DNA of 64,000 nt, from IMG/VR virus record IMGVR_UViG_3300027759_000005, positions 1,843 to 65,842 of that record. One strand, 5' to 3'. The position numbers were made by a program, and so were the translations under genes. This document shows, piece after piece, positions 61,469-64,000 of the stretch (its first letter is position 1; the number at the start of each line of letters is the position of its first letter). The notes under the pieces are model-generated. The model had not been told where the DNA came from and searched no databases. It was given only the letters and a program-made list of their open reading frames with translations. The DNA is from a virus. Taxonomy: Duplodnaviria > Caudoviricetes.

Positions 61469-61785
61469 TATTAATTCTATTTAATGTCATACCTTTCTAA
61501 TCACATAAAAAAGCGGAAATTTACTCAAATGCATTGTCAAAAAATACTATAAAAAAAATTTTTTTATGGGTACCTTTTTAGGAGGACGTGGGAAATAAGA
61601 GTGTGAGATATATAGAAGCTGGGGGTTACTACCTAATTTCTAAGTTGTTTTTTCAAAAGGAAAACGCATTTTAAATTTGCGGGTTCCCCGACTTTTATTA
61701 CTTTCCGTAATCGTAATGAGTCGAATCAATTGATTGCGGAAATAGTATTTAGCTTTTGCCTTACAGCAGAGTATGTATAGCATTC

Positions 61786-61819
61786 CACGGAGTTACTACT
61801 TTTAATATCAGATAATATA
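61786..61819 (+). promoter_or_regulatory. early-type promoter, copy 1 (CACGGAGTTA-N13-CAGATAATATA)
   Basis: Repeated motif with fixed spacing, upstream of ORF 61864. Confidence 0.75.
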
Positions 61820-61863
61820 ACTGAAGGTTAACAGTAACCTTTATAACCTAATAATTATATACT

Positions 61864-62127
61864 ATGCAAAACAAAGCAGCGGTTGCAGCAGCAACACCAG
61901 TACAATTGACTACAAAAAGATTCGTAATCAGAAAGAGTTTGATCGGCACTAACACGATCATCACCTTCGTCAACAGCAAGCAACAGACTTGCGTGTACGA
62001 TCACGACAAGGTGTACAATCAACTTAAAGCTAAGTTCGATCTTATGCCATGCTTCGAGAAATACGGATCATATACTAATACTAATAATCTGCCAGCATTC
62101 GTGCGAGCATTGCCTGAGTTAGTATAA
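61864..62127 (+). CDS. unknown early protein, paralogue 1 of 3
   Basis: 72-aa core TTKRFVIRKSLIG...LPELV shared with ORFs 62595 and 63029. Confidence 0.85.
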   Translation: MQNKAAVAAATPVQLTTKRFVIRKSLIGTNTIITFVNSKQQTCVYDHDKVYNQLKAKFDLMPCFEKYGSYTNTNNLPAFVRALPELV

Positions 62128-62184
62128 TCAATCGACCTAAGCAAGTCGTTAAACTGCTTTATTATTAACTTAATCTATATCATC

Positions 62185-62358
62185 ATGAAATCATACAAAG
62201 TAATCATATTAAGATCATCTCAAATCGTTCAAGTATCTCTATTCTTAGCTACAATGGCTCTAATAGCAATACAAATAATAATGGTAATCGCATGTGTATT
62301 CAACATCGACCTTGGTATTCAACACAAGCCAGAGTTATCGTTCGGAATCTACGGTTAA
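62185..62358 (+). CDS. small membrane protein (57 aa), not in the ORF track
   Basis: MKSYKVIILRSSQIVQVSLFLATMALIAIQIIMVIACVF...; one TM segment. Confidence 0.6.
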   Translation: MKSYKVIILRSSQIVQVSLFLATMALIAIQIIMVIACVFNIDLGIQHKPELSFGIYG

Positions 62359-62373
62359 TCTAAATCTAATATC

Positions 62374-62475
62374 ATGAAATACATAATCACTCTATTCAAT
62401 CAGATCAAACCAATAATCATACTCGGTTTGTTAGTATACGCCAATATTGTATTGCTTGGTATGCTACATAAATAA
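62374..62475 (+). CDS. small membrane peptide (33 aa), not in the ORF track
   Basis: MKYIITLFNQIKPIIILGLLVYANIVLLGMLHK; same ATCATG start context as 62185; stop abuts terminator. Confidence 0.55.
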   Translation: MKYIITLFNQIKPIIILGLLVYANIVLLGMLHK

Positions 62476-62495
62476 GACCTTCGGGTCTTTTTTTT
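62474..62495 (+). terminator. cUUCGg intrinsic terminator, cassette 1
   Basis: AAGACC-TTCG-GGTCTT followed by T-run. Confidence 0.85.
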
Positions 62496-62516
62496 GACTC
62501 AATTATGTATAGCATT

Positions 62517-62550
62517 CACGGACTTACAAGTTTCTATGACAGATAATATA
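62517..62550 (+). promoter_or_regulatory. early-type promoter, copy 2
   Basis: CACGGACTTA-N13-CAGATAATATA. Confidence 0.75.
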
Positions 62551-62594
62551 TTCGAAGATTAATAATAATCTTTATAACCTTAATATTTATTACT

Positions 62595-62831
62595 ATGCAA
62601 AAAACAGAAATTACCACGAAAAGATTTGTTATTAGAAAAAGTCTAATTGGAACTAATACAGTAATTAGTTTTATCAACAACAAGAATGTATTAATTACTT
62701 ATGACCATGACAAAGTATACAATGCACTTAAGAGTAGGTTTGACTTGATGCCTTGTTTCGCTAAATATGGTAGTTATACTAATACTAATAATCTACCAGT
62801 ATTTGTTAGAAACTTACCAGAATTAGTATAA
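62595..62831 (+). CDS. unknown early protein, paralogue 2 of 3
   Basis: About 79% identical to paralogue 1 over the 72-aa core (counted by eye). Confidence 0.85.
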   Translation: MQKTEITTKRFVIRKSLIGTNTVISFINNKNVLITYDHDKVYNALKSRFDLMPCFAKYGSYTNTNNLPVFVRNLPELV

Positions 62832-62843
62832 TAATAGTTAATT

Positions 62844-62866
62844 AAAGGCCACTTCGGTGGTCTTTT
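62844..62866 (+). terminator. cUUCGg intrinsic terminator, cassette 2
   Basis: AAAGGCCAC-TTCG-GTGGTCTTTT. Confidence 0.8.
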
Positions 62867-62950
62867 CTTCTACTTAATTGTGGAATTGGCAGGCAGATCC
62901 GTGCGTAGTCGTTAAGTAAAGCATTTATAGCTATTTCGTGTATAGCACTT

Positions 62951-62984
62951 CACGGACTTACGACATTTTATAACAGATAAAATA
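62951..62984 (+). promoter_or_regulatory. early-type promoter, copy 3
   Basis: CACGGACTTA-N13-CAGATAAAATA. Confidence 0.75.
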
Positions 62985-63028
62985 TACGAAGTTTGATATT
63001 AAACTTCATAACCTTAAATTTTATAACT

Positions 63029-63301
63029 ATGCCAGTAAAAAAAGGCGCAGGAGCACCTGCAACAGTAACCAAAAACTCGCTAACTACTAAACGCTTCGTT
63101 ATTCGCAAGTCGCTTATTGGTACAAACACGGTAATTACTTTCGAGAACGCCAAAAAAGTACTTTGTACTTACGACCACGATTTAGTATACAACGCTTTCA
63201 AGGCGAGATTCGACCTTATGCCTTGCTTCGAAAAGTATGGTAGTTATACTAATAGTAATAATTTACCCGCTTTTGTACGAGCGTTACCAGAATTAGTATA
63301 A
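63029..63301 (+). CDS. unknown early protein, paralogue 3 of 3 (true start ATG 63029, MPVKK)
   Basis: About 83% identical to paralogue 1 over the core; ACTATG start context as in the other cassettes. Confidence 0.85.
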   Translation: MPVKKGAGAPATVTKNSLTTKRFVIRKSLIGTNTVITFENAKKVLCTYDHDLVYNAFKARFDLMPCFEKYGSYTNSNNLPAFVRALPELV

Positions 63302-63311
63302 ATTGACTAAG

Positions 63312-63337
63312 AAGTCGCCTTCGGGCGGCTTTTTTTT
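63312..63337 (+). terminator. cUUCGg intrinsic terminator, cassette 3
   Basis: AAGTCGCC-TTCG-GGCGGCTT followed by T-run. Confidence 0.85.
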
Positions 63338-63379
63338 ACAATTTTTACCCCTAAGCACGAACTTCAACACCAAAAAAAC

Positions 63380-63427
63380 TGTGACAATAGCCCCTTACTC
63401 TATTATACTTAATACCCTAATGTCACA
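63380..63427. promoter_or_regulatory. inverted-repeat site TGTGACAATAG-N26-CTAATGTCACA
   Basis: Second copy of the site at 5404-5446. Confidence 0.55.
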
Positions 63428-63492
63428 CTTTTGACTAATTGGTTGCTTGGTGTGCCATTATCGCTTTATTTTAGCGTTTCTGCTATACACTT

Positions 63493-63526
63493 CACGGACT
63501 TATTATAATTTTCTACAGATAATATA
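63493..63526 (+). promoter_or_regulatory. early-type promoter, copy 4 (no ORF downstream)
   Basis: CACGGACTTA-N13-CAGATAATATA. Confidence 0.7.
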
Positions 63527-63680
63527 TGCGAAATCAACCGATAAACCTGTTATATTGTGAGTTATTTCATTAGAGGTGCAGAGAGACGCAGTAATATACC
63601 CCTCAGTACTATTTATTCTAATAAACATTTTAACACCTTAGAAGTCATAGATTTCATTTATAGTACAACTATAATAACCA

Positions 63681-63714
63681 TACGGACTTAATAATAATAT
63701 AGTCAGATAATATA
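63681..63714 (+). promoter_or_regulatory. early-type promoter, copy 5
   Basis: TACGGACTTA-N13-CAGATAATATA upstream of ORF 63756. Confidence 0.7.
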
Positions 63715-63755
63715 ACCGAAGATAATTAATAATTAACCCTTAATACCAATTAACT

Positions 63756-63962
63756 ATGCAAGCAACAATCAAAAGTTTCAAACGAAGAGGTTCTACAATA
63801 TTCCTTAACGGAATAGAATACACTGGTTTTTTAATAGGTAGTTTACCAAACAAATTTGCCTATATCTACGATGCAGAAAATGACCGTGAAGGCGTTTCAT
63901 CATGGTTTAACCACAAAGGTTGGACGTTTATTAGAAAATCAGACTTAAAAAGTGGCTGGTAA
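63756..63962 (+). CDS. hypothetical early protein
   Basis: ACTATG start context after promoter copy 5. Confidence 0.7.
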   Translation: MQATIKSFKRRGSTIFLNGIEYTGFLIGSLPNKFAYIYDAENDREGVSSWFNHKGWTFIRKSDLKSGW

Positions 63963-64000
63963 TGAGTTGTTTTAATAGTGATACTATCGATGGTTTCAAG

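Noticed and set aside
62993-63028. N-terminal extension of paralogue 3 in the ORF track
   Set aside because: The TTG start falls inside the leader hairpin; ATG 63029 matches the ACTATG context of the other cassettes.
61774-63714. Repeats as a CRISPR array or integron attC sites
   Set aside because: The repeats are bipartite with a variable 13-nt core, separated by whole genes and terminators; there is no cas or integrase gene in the window.
1-64000. Stop-codon reassignment as in some crAss-like phages
   Set aside because: Genes are long and tightly packed under the standard code, and TAA, TAG and TGA all act as stops.

Overview
The window is most of the genome of an AT-rich, lytic, podovirus-like dsDNA phage, probably infecting Bacteroidota/Flavobacteriia (A/T-rich leaders without Shine-Dalgarno sequences, crAss/Cellulophaga-phage-like structural module). 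The + arm (1-16.5 kb) carries early and replication genes: a MoxR/RavA-type AAA ATPase with a vWA partner, an HTH protein, a pyrimidine-dimer glycosylase, a sigma factor, ERF, an exonuclease, SSB, a primase-helicase, a thymidylate-synthase homologue with a dCMP-type Asp, MazG, endonuclease I, class II RNR and a 2OG-Fe oxygenase. The - arm (16.6-61.5 kb) is the late region: a 3215-aa ejection protein, tail ring/muzzle proteins, MCP, scaffold, portal, terminase, GroEL/GroES, lysis genes, tail fibre, and many small basic proteins that share MAFK- and [ST]P-hydrophobic-x-[QK] motifs. After the strand switch (61.8-64 kb) comes the most unusual part, an array of self-contained expression cassettes. 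Each has the same non-host promoter-like motif (CACGGACTTA-N13-CAGATAATATA), and the first four have a 5' hairpin that covaries between copies. The first three cassettes end in cUUCGg terminators and carry three synonymously recoded copies of one unknown ~80-aa protein; a fourth cassette has no ORF and may make an ncRNA. All product calls come from motif recognition by eye; no database searches were run.
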